From the human T2T-CHM13v2.0 reference genome, Homo sapiens, in the NCBI RefSeq assembly GCF_009914755.1, contig NC_060935.1: 64,000 bases of DNA; one strand, written 5' to 3'. Numbering within the stretch: the stretch's first letter is position 1; each line of letters opens with the position of its first letter. Of this stretch, positions 11,970 through 23,510 are shown piece after piece. The position numbers were made by a program, and so were the translations under genes. The notes beneath the pieces were generated by a model that worked only from the letters and a program-made list of their open reading frames with translations, ran no database searches and had not been told where the DNA came from.

Positions 11970-12710
11970 CCTACTCCCGCCCGGCAGCTCCCCGCTGTCA
12001 GCACCAGAAATACCCGCTAAGAATACGAAAAGCAACGCTGGCCTTACACCGTGACGCTTTTAAAAACTCTAAAAACCCAGCGTGACGGGGGGTAGGTTTG
12101 CCTAAAGACAGGTGAGGCAGCCTTAGTTAACTGAGAAGGTTAATTGACAAAGAGGGTTGAGCCACTATGAGCCGAAGCAACCTTGGACTAACAGGTGTAT
12201 CTTCAGCCAACACATGTCCCAGCATCTCCCACGCCCATCCCTCCATTTAGCACCCAAAATGCAGCCTCCTAAGAGAATGGGAAGCTTAGGGGGGTGGTCA
12301 GCTTTGGCTTTCATGGAAGCTACCATTGGCTTTCATTGATGTCAACCCATTAAGGGAATCTTCGAGTCCAAGAACGGAAGCTACCATTGGCCTTAATGGA
12401 TGTCAATCTTCACCTCCCGCTTTTCTTCCCTGCTTCTTTTCTCCTCCCTATTCCAGTAGGTTAGTTCTCTGGCGCCATCAGCTGGCAGCACGCGGGAATA
12501 TACCAAACGCGGAAACGCGCCTTCGCCTGCCCTGAGTAACTGCAAATCCAGGGCTGAGTGAGGTATTTAAGCGCTTGGCTTGTGTACTCAGGGCGGTGCT
12601 AAAAGGGGGCTGCCTGCGCGGATCCTTTTCCCACAAGATGCAAGTAAAAAAGCACCGCTGACGCCCTGGGAGGGTCACAGAGAGACAGGCGGGGCGGTTG
12701 ACCAGCTGAA
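11970..12710. promoter_or_regulatory. Small CpG-rich promoter/enhancer-like element
   Basis: Locally high CpG content; two inverted CCAAT boxes (attgg at 12325 and 12386); tggcgcca and gcgggaa E2F-like motifs; two cgtgacg motifs; GC box ~12692. Confidence 0.5.
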
Positions 12711-14891
12711 TGGACTCACTTCTAAGAAATGCAAATTACCGAGCCACAGTCCAACCAAAGGTATCAAAACAGGATCTCTACCGATGGAGCTCAGCGATAT
12801 GTGTTTTGACCAGCTCACAATAAGATTTTCATGCATCATACATTTTGCTTGAGTTTCTCAGGTAGTTATGTTGATGTCCGGATTTGTTAAAAGCTGCAGA
12901 TTACTGGGCCTCACCCCAGACCTATTGAACTTAAATATATTTGGGTTCCCAGAATCCCCATTAAAACAAACAAACAAACAAACAAAACACCTATCCAAGT
13001 GATACGGTTGAACTTTAAAGTAAAGAGAATCACAAACTGGCAGATCTCTTTAATTTATACTTAGGGAATGGAGACTTCCCCCACCCCCACCAAGAGGGAA
13101 AGGAATTTGCTCAAGGTCTCCCTGCAAGATCCTAAGAAAACGTGAAGCTCTAAGGTTAAAATCCTACCTGACAGCCTTTCCCTCCCCCAACTAGTCCTGT
13201 GACCTCTAGCAAATTATCCTGTCCTAATCTGTGAAATGGGATCAACAGTCACACCTACCTCAATGGCTGACTGTGAACATCAAAAGAGACCAAAATGAGT
13301 CAACTACCAAGCACTGCCCCACTGGAGGTAGACATTGAACTAAATCTTGATCACTCTACCCCCCATTCATCTCCGAGTACCACTGTATGAGGATGGAAGT
13401 GAAGTCACCCAGCCACATGTTGGTCCCAAACCATGTAAACCTCTACACGCAGCTCAGTGAATATTTCTTTACTTGAAGAGAGAGAGAGGCTCCTTGGAGC
13501 CTCTGGAGTCTGGAGGTGGATGTTACCATCCCCATGAGTGCATTGTCTTCCTAAGATAGGATGGACTACGGGGTCTATATGGGAAGTGTTAGCTGCCAGT
13601 ACTTCAAGGCTGGCTCCTAAGCTGTTGCTGGAGGCTTAGAGACCCCATTTCAGCTATCTATCAATAGGGGCAGGTTGTTAGCAGGAGTGAGTGAGGTGAG
13701 CCCACTATGAACCCACAGGAGGACAGGAAAAAAACCATCTCATCTAAGCTTTCACATACCCCATTGCAAGCTCCATTATGTGGTGCCCAGGCCCTTATGT
13801 CTGACACATCCCCAGAAGCCAATTCTCCTCAGTCCTTCCTGCCACTTCTGCCATTGTACATCCAGACAGTTCCACTCTTTTCTTCTGTCAAACTCCTACT
13901 CATCTCTCATCCATCAAGTCCAAATATAAATCTCATTCTCTGTGATATACTCCCAAGGTAGAGGCAGTGGTGCCTTCCTCTGTATTCCCAGAACATGTTG
14001 TTTGCAACTCTAAATACAGACATCAGCCTACTGTTAGAGTTTAGAAGCATCTTTTAGGGGTTCATGAAGGAATCCCTTTCCATAAACACTGGCCTTACTC
14101 CCTAACTTCACCAGACCTGGCCTTAGTGCTTGATCCATTCCCACCTCACCCGACCATGTGAGGGCTTTTCTTCTTTGTGGGTTTGACTACCACAAAATGA
14201 CCCAACGACCAGTTACTTGGCCAAAAGTATTCTCATCACATTTATAATAAAATCCAGCCAACAAGATGCTTTCTGCCAAGGGAATGTTCTTTTTCAGGGC
14301 AAACACTCTGTCCTCAGGGATGCTGGACAACTTCCACAGCCCCATGTAAGCATTAGCTGAAAGTGAGGCTTCCTTGGTGGCTCAACAGATTCCCTGAGCA
14401 TCCCTACCCTGTCACTGATATCAAATTGCAGTGGATTGCATCCAAGCTCTCAGACCATAGCTGCAAAAGGAAAATCAAAGCTAGAGCTCTACTCTGGACC
14501 TATAGCTCTAGGTAGTTAGTTTCTCTGTGAGGGTCACTTTTATACTTAAGGAAGAAATGGAAGATTGGTACTAAAAATGACGTCAGGTTACTTATTCCAA
14601 TTGTGTGGTTCAGCTGTTACTCCAATGATGAGCAAATGAAGAGGAATTAGAAGCATAGCTATTCCTAGGCTCAAGGAGCAGGGAAGCTCTGGAATTGGTG
14701 TACATCAGTGCTGCTTGGAGTACCATTACAAAGGGACAAGAGTGGTTCAAGGGGAGGTAAAATACAGGGCACCTAAGACACAGGGAATCTGGGAAACAAG
14801 GCAGGATTTTGTATTTATCATTTGCCATGATCTCTCTCTGTGAACTTTCTTCTCCCTTTTAATTTTCCCTGTACTTTAATTATATTTCTCA

Positions 14892-15200
14892 GGCCTGGTG
14901 CAGTGGCTCATATCTGTAACCACAGCACATTGGAAGGCTGAGGCAAGCAGAGCACCTGAGGTCAGGAGTTCGACCCCAGACTTGCCAACATGGTGAAACT
15001 CCATCTCTATTAAAAATACAAAAAGTATCCGGGCGTGGTGACAGGCACTTGTAATACCAGCTGCTCAGGAGGCTGAGGCATGAGAATCACCTAAACCCAG
15101 GAGGTTGAGCTTACAGTGAACTGAGATTGTAACACTGCACTCCAGCCTGGGCAATAAAACAAGACTCTGTCTCAAAAAACAAAATAAAATAAAATAAAAT
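14892..15200 (+). mobile_element. AluSx/Sz-like
   Basis: Full dimeric Alu with cacctgaggtcaggagttcga and an (aaaat)n tail. Confidence 0.93.
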
Positions 15201-15299
15201 AATTCTCAGTTAATGGCCAACATTACCATCATAAGTCCTAGTTTCCCTCTCTTTCTCCTTTTGTGTGTCTTTTATTTTGATCTATGCTCTTCTCTCCCA

Positions 15300-15870
15300 A
15301 GTTCAGCCTCTTGCCCCTTCTTAAGGCTCTCTGGGCATTCACCCGCATGTGTTGAGTGTCCACTTCTCTCCTTATTTTTCAGTTGGAGTGGATTAGTATC
15401 TCCAAGTCAACATATCAAAAGTAGAATTACTGACACACTCATCACTCCTGGCACACACAGCATCTCCTTCCTCAGACTTCCCCATATCACTTAATGCAGA
15501 CTTTATCTTTCTAGTTGCTCAAGTCAAAAGCCCAAGAATCATATTGAGCTCTCTTTTTCTCTTATTTATGGAAAACCCCATTCACAAGCCAATTCCATGG
15601 GCTCGCCCTTCAAAATAAATGTGGAATTCAGCATTTTCTAACACCTCCACCATTACCGTCTGAGGCTGGGCTCCGACATCTTTGCAATCCTGGGATATAC
15701 TCTTAGCCATCTTCTCCCTTCCACACCTCCTATTGTCCTCCTAGAGTTTGTCCCCCACACAGCTGCCAGAGAGATTTTTAAAAATATGTCAGGTTATATT
15801 ACTCCTTGCTACAAATCCTCCATTTAAAATAAATTTCATATTTATAACAAAATCCAGACTTCTTCATATG
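15300..15870 (+). mobile_element. L2 fragment
   Basis: Pyrimidine-rich L2 motifs (ttctagttgctcaagtcaaaagcccaagaatcat; cccttcaaaata). Confidence 0.6.
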
Positions 15871-16561
15871 GCCGACCAGGTGCTTTATGCTAATGGAATG
15901 TGCAGATGCTCCTCCCTAAGGAGCACTTTTTTCCAGGGAAAATTCTCTATCTCCAGTGATGTCAGAAACTTTCGACAATACTATTCTCTACCACCTCTTG
16001 CTTTTAACAGCTTTTTTCCTCCAGATTCTACAATGAAAAGAAGATCAAGTCTCCTTGTGCAATGATTTACTCTCCGATGCATATTAGTGCCAGTCATGTG
16101 CACTGCTTTCAGATGATTCAAGAATAACAGCGATTTGAGAAAGCTGTCTTTACGTTTTTCTCTTCCCTGTTTCTGTTTGATATTATTTTTACAATTACAC
16201 TTCTAAAGTTTGCTCTTTCCAAACACCACAAGACCCGTGTAATTTAAGTGATTTCAGGAGTCTCTGTGTATTTTACATTAAGTTCAGAAACATGCTCATG
16301 ATTCCACCAAAACTATCAACTTTTACATAAACATCTGTCCTTCTATGAGTTACAAAATAATTTTCACCATCATCTATTAATCCACCATCTTCTCCCCTTC
16401 TTTGACCAACTTCTCAAAAATAACACTCAATACTGAAGGCATCTCCTTCTATTCATGTTCTTAGAGAGTAAGACGTTCTGTTCTTAAACAGTAAGATGTT
16501 TTCTCAAGCCCCATGCAAAGCACTTACTTGATTATCACTTTGGAGATACCCAACTCTGGAG

Positions 16562-16689
16562 TCTTCATCCGAAGGGTAAAGTTCCACACCCAGTAATGCG
16601 CCTCCTGGGAAACAGGCCTAAATACTCTTCATCTGAGGGGTAAAGTTCCGCACCCAGTAATGCGCGTCCTGGGAAACAGGCCTAAGCAG
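16562..16689. repeat. Two-copy 64-bp tandem duplication
   Basis: tcttcatc..agggtaaagttcc.cacccagtaatgcgc.tcctgggaaacaggcctaa starting at 16562 and 16626. Confidence 0.95.
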
Positions 16690-16699
16690 TGCTGGCCCC

Positions 16700-17750
16700 T
16701 TCCTCGTCCAGACTGGCATTGTCTGTGTTCGCCAGCCCCTCCACGAAGTTGGATCATTTGCGGAGCAGGCCAAGTCCCTCTAGACCTCACGCAGACGCGG
16801 GTGCAGCCTGCTCTGCGACTTGCAGTCAGCTGGAAGCTGGGCCTCTGCATCATCAGGGTGGAGCTCTCTCTGCTGCTGCCGCTGGATCCCGCCTGGATGC
16901 ACGTCCCGCCACCGCCGCCGACCCATCAGCGGCAGAAGGGCAGCAATGGCCACACACCGAAGCACCTTGGCGGGCTATTCCCCTTGCAGCTCTCCTCAGC
17001 GCGCTGCTCCCACTCGCAATCAAAAGGCGGAAAAAGCGCGAAACCGCCAGGCATCTCCCATACCCACCCGGCTGCCGCGCAACCCCTCCTTGGCTTCCAC
17101 TGGGAGACAGGGGACGCCGATGAGCAGGAAGAAGCAGGGCAGTGACTGCTTAGTTTATCCTGGTACGCGGGAACTGGCTGTGGACCGAGTGGTTCGGGGG
17201 AGGGGATCGCTGGGACCGGGATGGGTCATCTGGACAAATAGGGAGGGTGGGCGGGTGGGCGCGCAGTCCCCTCGGCCTGGCCGTCTGACCTGCCCGCGAG
17301 CGCGTGCGCCCAGGCGTGCACTCTCATCCCTTTTCCTCTCTTCAATCACTGTCTGGAGTGATGCGAATTAGCTTCCAAAGTGGATGAGAGGATGAATCAT
17401 TTCCATCCAATGAGAGAAAACAGCCTCCAGAGACTCTTCGTCCATTGGCCAGCGAGAGTGTCAATTCCCAGGCTCCCTCCCGCGCGCCAGCCTGCTCTTC
17501 CAGGCGGGAAAAGTTCAGCTTAGACAGGCAAGAGAGAAGTCTTCCCAACACCTGCGAATCGGGAGCAGCGGGCACTAGCACGTGCACTGTCTGGTCAGGC
17601 TCGCCGGTTCTTTGAGTGGTTTTTCTGGTTCTGGGTCGGACCCGGAGTTAGGTGGATGGCCGGCAGGGGCAGTAGACAGAAGGATCTCAGCCCAAAACCA
17701 AGGAGGTTTTGGATGGGGAGCTGGGCCCCGCCCGTTGTGGTAATTCCCTT
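16700..17750. promoter_or_regulatory. CpG island promoter with E2F, CCAAT and GC boxes
   Basis: High GC/CpG; GCGCGAAA 17036-17043, GGCGGGAAAA 17503-17512, CCAAT 17407, ATTGG 17444, GGGCGGG ~17249. Confidence 0.85.
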
Positions 17751-19059
17751 CCTGCCTCTCAGCTTCAAAGGCCAAGAGTGTTACTCCTGAAAAGATACAT
17801 GGAGATCGTCTGGGTGTTCCTGAATCTCAAGAGTGTCGTTTGACCCTGGTGGATCCTTTCCTTCCCTGGTGCCCTTTGCACCCATAGAATGAGACCAGGT
17901 TCGGTTAAGCAGAGCAGAAACTTTATTCACTGATCAGGGAATGGAACAGGAGAGCTCCTGTTCAAAGTTCCTGGGGTGTAGTGAGGGGGTGCTTTTTAAG
18001 GTCTTTTAGGACTCCTAGGTGGAGACTGAGGACAAGGATTCCTGGAAAGAGGTGGGGCTTTCCAGGAAGACCTGAATGTGGCAGTCTCATTCTTTCTGTT
18101 GCACCACAGCACTACATGTGCCTAGCAAGGTGCATTTCTCCCCGGGGCAGAGATTTAGGTATGGTAATTAGCAAAGATTCATGTTAGGGTAGCGCTGCTG
18201 AGCTCTTTCCCATCTTGTAGCACGGTGGTTACTGACATCCAGCCTTTGTTTCTGTAAGCAAGCACAGCTGCAAGCACAGGTTACCTTCATAGGTTCTGGA
18301 GTTTTAGGAAAGCATTGAGGTCATTCTGTGGCCACATAGACGGTTGTTTAAACAACGCGGTGCTCATTTGAGGCGGGGGTTGTGGGATGAGGCAGGTAAA
18401 AGTGCAGATTCCATAGCTACACCCCGACATACTGAATCAGAGTCTGTGAAGGTGGGATGTGGAATCCTTTTTTAAAAAGCTCAGAGGAGCCAATTCACAG
18501 GAACAATAAAAGGTTGATCTGAGCCAAACTCCTTAATTTAGAAATGAGGAAATGGGGATCCCTAACAGAGGTACAGGGAGAGGGTTGGAGGAAAGTTACA
18601 CCATAATAGTTTTAGGGTGGTTCTTTCCTGGCCTTGGAAAGTTTTCTCAGCCGGGGCTCTGATCAGTACACAGTTGAATACTTTAGGGGAAACCTCTTCA
18701 TATATCCTGAGTTTTCTGTCTCTCTCTCTCTGCCTCTGCAGGTCACCCGCCAGGTTTGTGGCCTGTGATCTCTTGTCACCTTGGTCTCTCAGCTTTGTCT
18801 TCTGAAATCTGGACTTCCAATTGTCTTTGTCTTGCTGCCCTTCCTTGCGACACTGGCCTGGAATCCCTCACGGTAGTCTGCTGGAGTGGAATTTAGGACG
18901 CATCTCAGTTGTCACCATCTTTAATTGCATGATGTCTAGTTCCTTGCAAACCATTATTTCATGTATTTCGCTCTTTTTTGTTTTGTTTTGTTTTGTTTTG
19001 TTTTCAGGCTAGGGGAAAATCCAGTCCCTGTTACTCCATTTTGGCCAGAAATTCAAGGT

Positions 19060-19945
19060 AATGACTTTTAATGTTCCTGACTACTAGTTCTATCATCTCT
19101 CTCACTTCTGGATCTGTCTCTATTCACTGATGTTTCTAGTCATTGTGGGTCATATTTTTTCCACGTTTTAAATACTTCCTGATTTTTGACTAGATATCAA
19201 GCTTTGTTAATTTCACAACTTTGGGTGCCAAAAATTTTTACATTCCTATCAATATTCTTGAGCTTTGTTCCAGTACGTTGTTATTTTACATGGAAACCAT
19301 TTCATACTTTCAAAGCTTGCATTTATTTGTTAGGTGGGACCAGAACAAGGGCTAATGTTGTCCCACTATGGAAGCAATACTTTCTGAGTAGTCTCCCTGA
19401 TACTTCATGAATTATGAAGTTTTCTAGTCGGATTTTGGGGAACTGAAACCATTTTCTGTCCTGTATGAGCCTCAGAAATTGTTACATCTTCTCCTTTCCG
19501 ATAGTTCTTTTCCTGTTCCTTTTCAACAGTTTCATTATACTCATGCATTGACCAAGCTGAAATCTCAAGGGTTGCCCACTGCACATCTCTGATCCTCTGT
19601 GCTCCTGTGGCGCTCTTCATCCTAGTGCTCTGCCATACAGGCTCCAGTCATCTTGGCCTCCCACAACTCCCAGCTTGTCTTCTCAACTCAGGGAAACTGC
19701 CAGGTTCTGCCTGTTTCCCCTCCCTGAGATATGCCTTGGAAATGCCATACAGTAAGCTAGATAGCCATAGGGGTTACCGCATATGATTTTCTTCTCAGAT
19801 ATCAGAGATGAGATCCCACACAGCCTGATGTCCAGTGTTTGAAAGTGGTTATTTCATAGATCTTGTTTTTTTGTTTTTTTAGACATTTAAGGTGGCAGAA
19901 TAAATTCAATCCTTGGTTCTCCATTTTTTCCACTAGTAGAAGTTA
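19060..19945 (-). mobile_element. Old L1M (L1MC-like) fragment
   Basis: Degenerate L1MC-type sequence; related copies at ~18700-19050 and ~41030-41590. Confidence 0.5.
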
Positions 19946-20309
19946 GTTATATTGTCTTTGAACTCATCATGAATTCCATGAAGACTGAAGGGAACAAGTC
20001 ATTTAGTGCTACAGAGGATGACCAGAGGGCTAGACCTGAAGTTTCAAAGGCATATCTACTTTTTTACAACTCCTCACTGGAGAGATAGTCTAACCGTGGT
20101 GCCAATTCAGATTCTTGGAGATAAATTCCTAAAGAATAATAGTTATAAGTCCTTATCTTAGGCTGTTTAAAATATATTTGGGGAGCTCATACACATAAGT
20201 GCTTGTGTAAAGCAAAATGATAGGGTATGAGTTAACAATGATAAACATGTCTTAAGACAACAAGATGAGTAACAAACAATATGGACACTTAAAATCATGG
20301 AAAGTACAC

Positions 20310-20550
20310 ACAGGCAAAAATAATTAGCTAATGTTTCCTGAGGAAACACTGTGTGCCTAGAATTGTGTTCCATCATTTGAATTATCTCATTTAACACTTA
20401 ATATTATTATGCAGTAGGTAATATTATCATCCTTATTTTCCAAAAAAGAAACTGAAGCTCAGCTTCCTTATAGTTGCAGAAATAACGAACTTCAGAGCAA
20501 GGATCTGAACCCAGGCCATCAGACTGCAGAGGCTGGTTTTTGACCCACAC
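20310..20550. mobile_element. MIR
   Basis: Core attatcatccttattttccaaaaaagaaactgaagctcag. Confidence 0.7.
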
Positions 20551-20689
20551 TATTTTGTTCAAAATATGGAAAATGATAATACTAAATTGAGACATAAACA
20601 AGTGATTTTAGAGTACAGAGAGAAGAATTCTTAATTCAGACTTAAGAAATTAAAGCAGTGTCATATGAGACAGATCCTAATGAATAATA

Positions 20690-21050
20690 AATCTAAAATT
20701 GTCAAACTCATAGATGTAGAAGTGGTTGTCAGGGGCTGGGAAGAGAGGAAAACAGAGGTATTAGTCAAGGGGTACAGAGTTTCCTTATACAAGGTGAATA
20801 AGTTCTCAAGATCTGTACAGCATGGTGCCTATAGTTAACAATATTGTATACTTAAATTATTGCTAAAATGATAGATCTTATGTTAAGTGTTCTTATTACA
20901 AAAGTAATAAATGAGGGCAGAATGGATGAGACTTTTGGAGGTGATAGATAGGTTGATGTCATAGATTCTGGTGATAATGTATCTCCACACTCATCAAGTT
21001 GCATACATTAATTATGTACATTAGTTACGCATTCTGTATGTCTAAAACTA
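20690..21050 (+). mobile_element. L1MA/L1MB 3' end
   Basis: tcaaactcataga...ggttgtcaggggctggg...catcaagttgcatacattaa. Confidence 0.75.
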
Positions 21051-21879
21051 ATTTATTCTTTTAAAAGAATGAATAACATTTCACTTGTGTATCAAGGATG
21101 AAAGAATGGCCTGAATAAAGTCATGTACACGTGAAAATATATTTGGCGAATAAGACAGCTGCATTTGATGGTATATAAGGAGAATTCAATAATGTAGTAG
21201 GCAAATAATGCTTTCTAGACTGGTAAGGTAGTGTGGTGCCAAGATCTCAGAAGACTTTCTATCAATAAGAGCTCTCCATATTGCTGGTAAAAATATTTTC
21301 TAATAATGAAACAATAAAATGGATTCATTTGTTCACATGAGTGGATATTCCAGAATTCAGCAGAGCTCTTAATTCAGTTTTATACAATTTCTTCAAGGGC
21401 TTGTTTGTGTGTTCGGTCTCTATGTTCTGCTTTTCATATTATTCCCTGGCTGGCTTCCTGCATAGTGGCAAACAGAGCTGCAGTAATATCAGATGTTTTA
21501 TTCTCCCAATAATGAGTCTATCCTGGTTTTCTAAGGAAACTTCTCTTGCCATCTAATTGTCCCAACTTAAGTAGCTCACCCATTCCTGCACAAAACCCTG
21601 TGACTGAGAGGGCACTTACAGATATTCTTAAACTGGCATGAATTTATTTCCATACATGTATGGCTCCTAAAAAGTGGGAGAGGGGTAGAATAGCTTTCTG
21701 GAAAATAGCTGCAGTATCTTTTCCTTCTTTGAATTCCATGTGTAGGTTTCTGGATTTTCTTCTGTAAATAAAGGAGACGTGTTTACAGACTTTATCTTTG
21801 TATTGCTTAGGAGGAGTTCTTCAACTCACTTTAGACTTTGTTAAGTTAAATATTAATGATAAAATGCCTAGGCTATTTT

Positions 21880-22085
21880 GTTCAAGACAGTTGCCATAAT
21901 CACATGTGATTATTTAAATTAAACTTAACTAAAATCAAATAATGAAAAAGGTGAATAATACAAATTCTCATTTGCACTAATCACATATCAAATACTTAAG
22001 AAATACATGTGGCTGTGGTATTAGACAATACAGATGTAGAACATTTCCATCACTGCAGACATGCTATTAGGTAGTACTAGTCTAC
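21880..22085. mobile_element. MER3/MER33-like hAT-Charlie DNA transposon remnant
   Basis: cacatgtg...tagaacatttccatcactgcaga motif. Confidence 0.65.
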
Positions 22086-22289
22086 GGCATCCACTTATAG
22101 AACAGAACTAGAGTGTAAAACTGCCAAACTGTTTGTGGAGAAAATAGAATGAGAGGGAAAAATGATGGAGGCAACAAAGCAAGGGAATAAAAATTTAGAA
22201 ACAGTAGAAGTTACAAAAAACGATGATAGAAATGAGCACAAAAATCCCCATGCCCAATTGATTGTCTTACAGATTATTTGAAAGACTTT

Positions 22290-23510
22290 AACTTTTATTG
22301 TTTCGTTTACATTTATTTATTTCATAGTAAAATTCAGTCTTCTGAGTATACAGTTCAATGGCTTATGACAAACACCTACAGTCATGTAACCAAGACCAAA
22401 TTCAAGAAGCAAAGCAGTTTTATCACCCTTACTAATTCCTTGTGTGGTTCCATCACTCTAAATAATTCCCTGTGCTCCCCACTTATCCCCTATTCACCCC
22501 AGTCCCTGGCAACCACTAATCTCTTCGTTACTCTAGTGTTGCCTTTTCCAGAACATCATGTAAATGGAACATAGACTGAATTATACCCTTTGAGCATGGC
22601 TTCTTTCACTCAGAACATTCCATTTAAGATTCATGAGTATTGTTGCATGCATTGATAGGTTTTTCTTTTCTATTGCTGAGTAACATTCCACTGCGTGAAT
22701 GTATCAAAATCTGTTTATCCATTCACTCACTGAAGAACATTTGAATTGTATCCAGTTTGGGGGCTTTGTAAATAAAGCTGTTGGGAACATTTGCATACAG
22801 GTTTTTGTATGAAGGTTAATTTTCATTTCTCTTGAGTTCACCTAGCAGTGGAATTGCTTTCATGGAAAGTGTATGTTTAACTTTATAAGAAATTGTCAAA
22901 ATCTTCAAAATGTTTTCAAAATGGCTGTATAATTTTGCATCCTCGCTACCAATGTGTGAGAGTTCCAGTTGTTTCATATACTTGTCAACACAAAGCTTTT
23001 CTGATTCTTTCATTCTCATAGGTATGTAATGGCATCTTTTTGTGGTATTTGCATTACACTAATGACCAATAATTTGAGCATCTTTTTATGTTCTTATATC
23101 ATCCACATATCTTCTTTGGTGAAATGTCTATTAAAATATTTTGCCCATTTTTATACTGGTTAGTTATATCTGAGTTTTGAGAGGGCTTTACATATTTTGG
23201 AAACAAGTCCTTTGTTATATTGCTTTTCTCATAATATTTGTGATATTTGCTGATTCTTATCTCTCCATGGCTTGTCTTTTCATCCTCTTGGTTCTGTTTT
23301 GGGAGGGAAAAGTTTTCAATTTTGATGAAGTTTACTTTATATGTTTATTTCTCTTTGCGGATCATGCTTTTGTTGTTTACATCAGAGAACTCTGCTAAAT
23401 CTAAGATCACAAAAATCATTTCTAAGTTTTCTTCCAGAAGTTTTATAGTTTTATATTTAAGTCTGTGATTGATTTAAGTTTTTTTTTGTATGGTGTGATA
23501 TCTGGGTCAA
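22290..23510 (-). mobile_element. L1MB/L1MC 3' region
   Basis: Antisense L1 3'UTR and ORF2 end (cctggcaaccactaatct; gagttccagttgtttc; tgagcatctttttatg). Confidence 0.8.

Noticed and set aside
9040-13000. (CA)n, (TA)n and (AAAC)n tracts at ~9040, ~11308 and ~12963
   Set aside because: Ordinary short microsatellites.
16562-16689. CRISPR-like repeat
   Set aside because: Only two contiguous copies, no unique spacers, no cas genes, eukaryotic context.
16629-17371. Overlapping 144-183-aa ORFs
   Set aside because: Expected by-product of CpG-island GC content; low-complexity peptides open in several frames on both strands.
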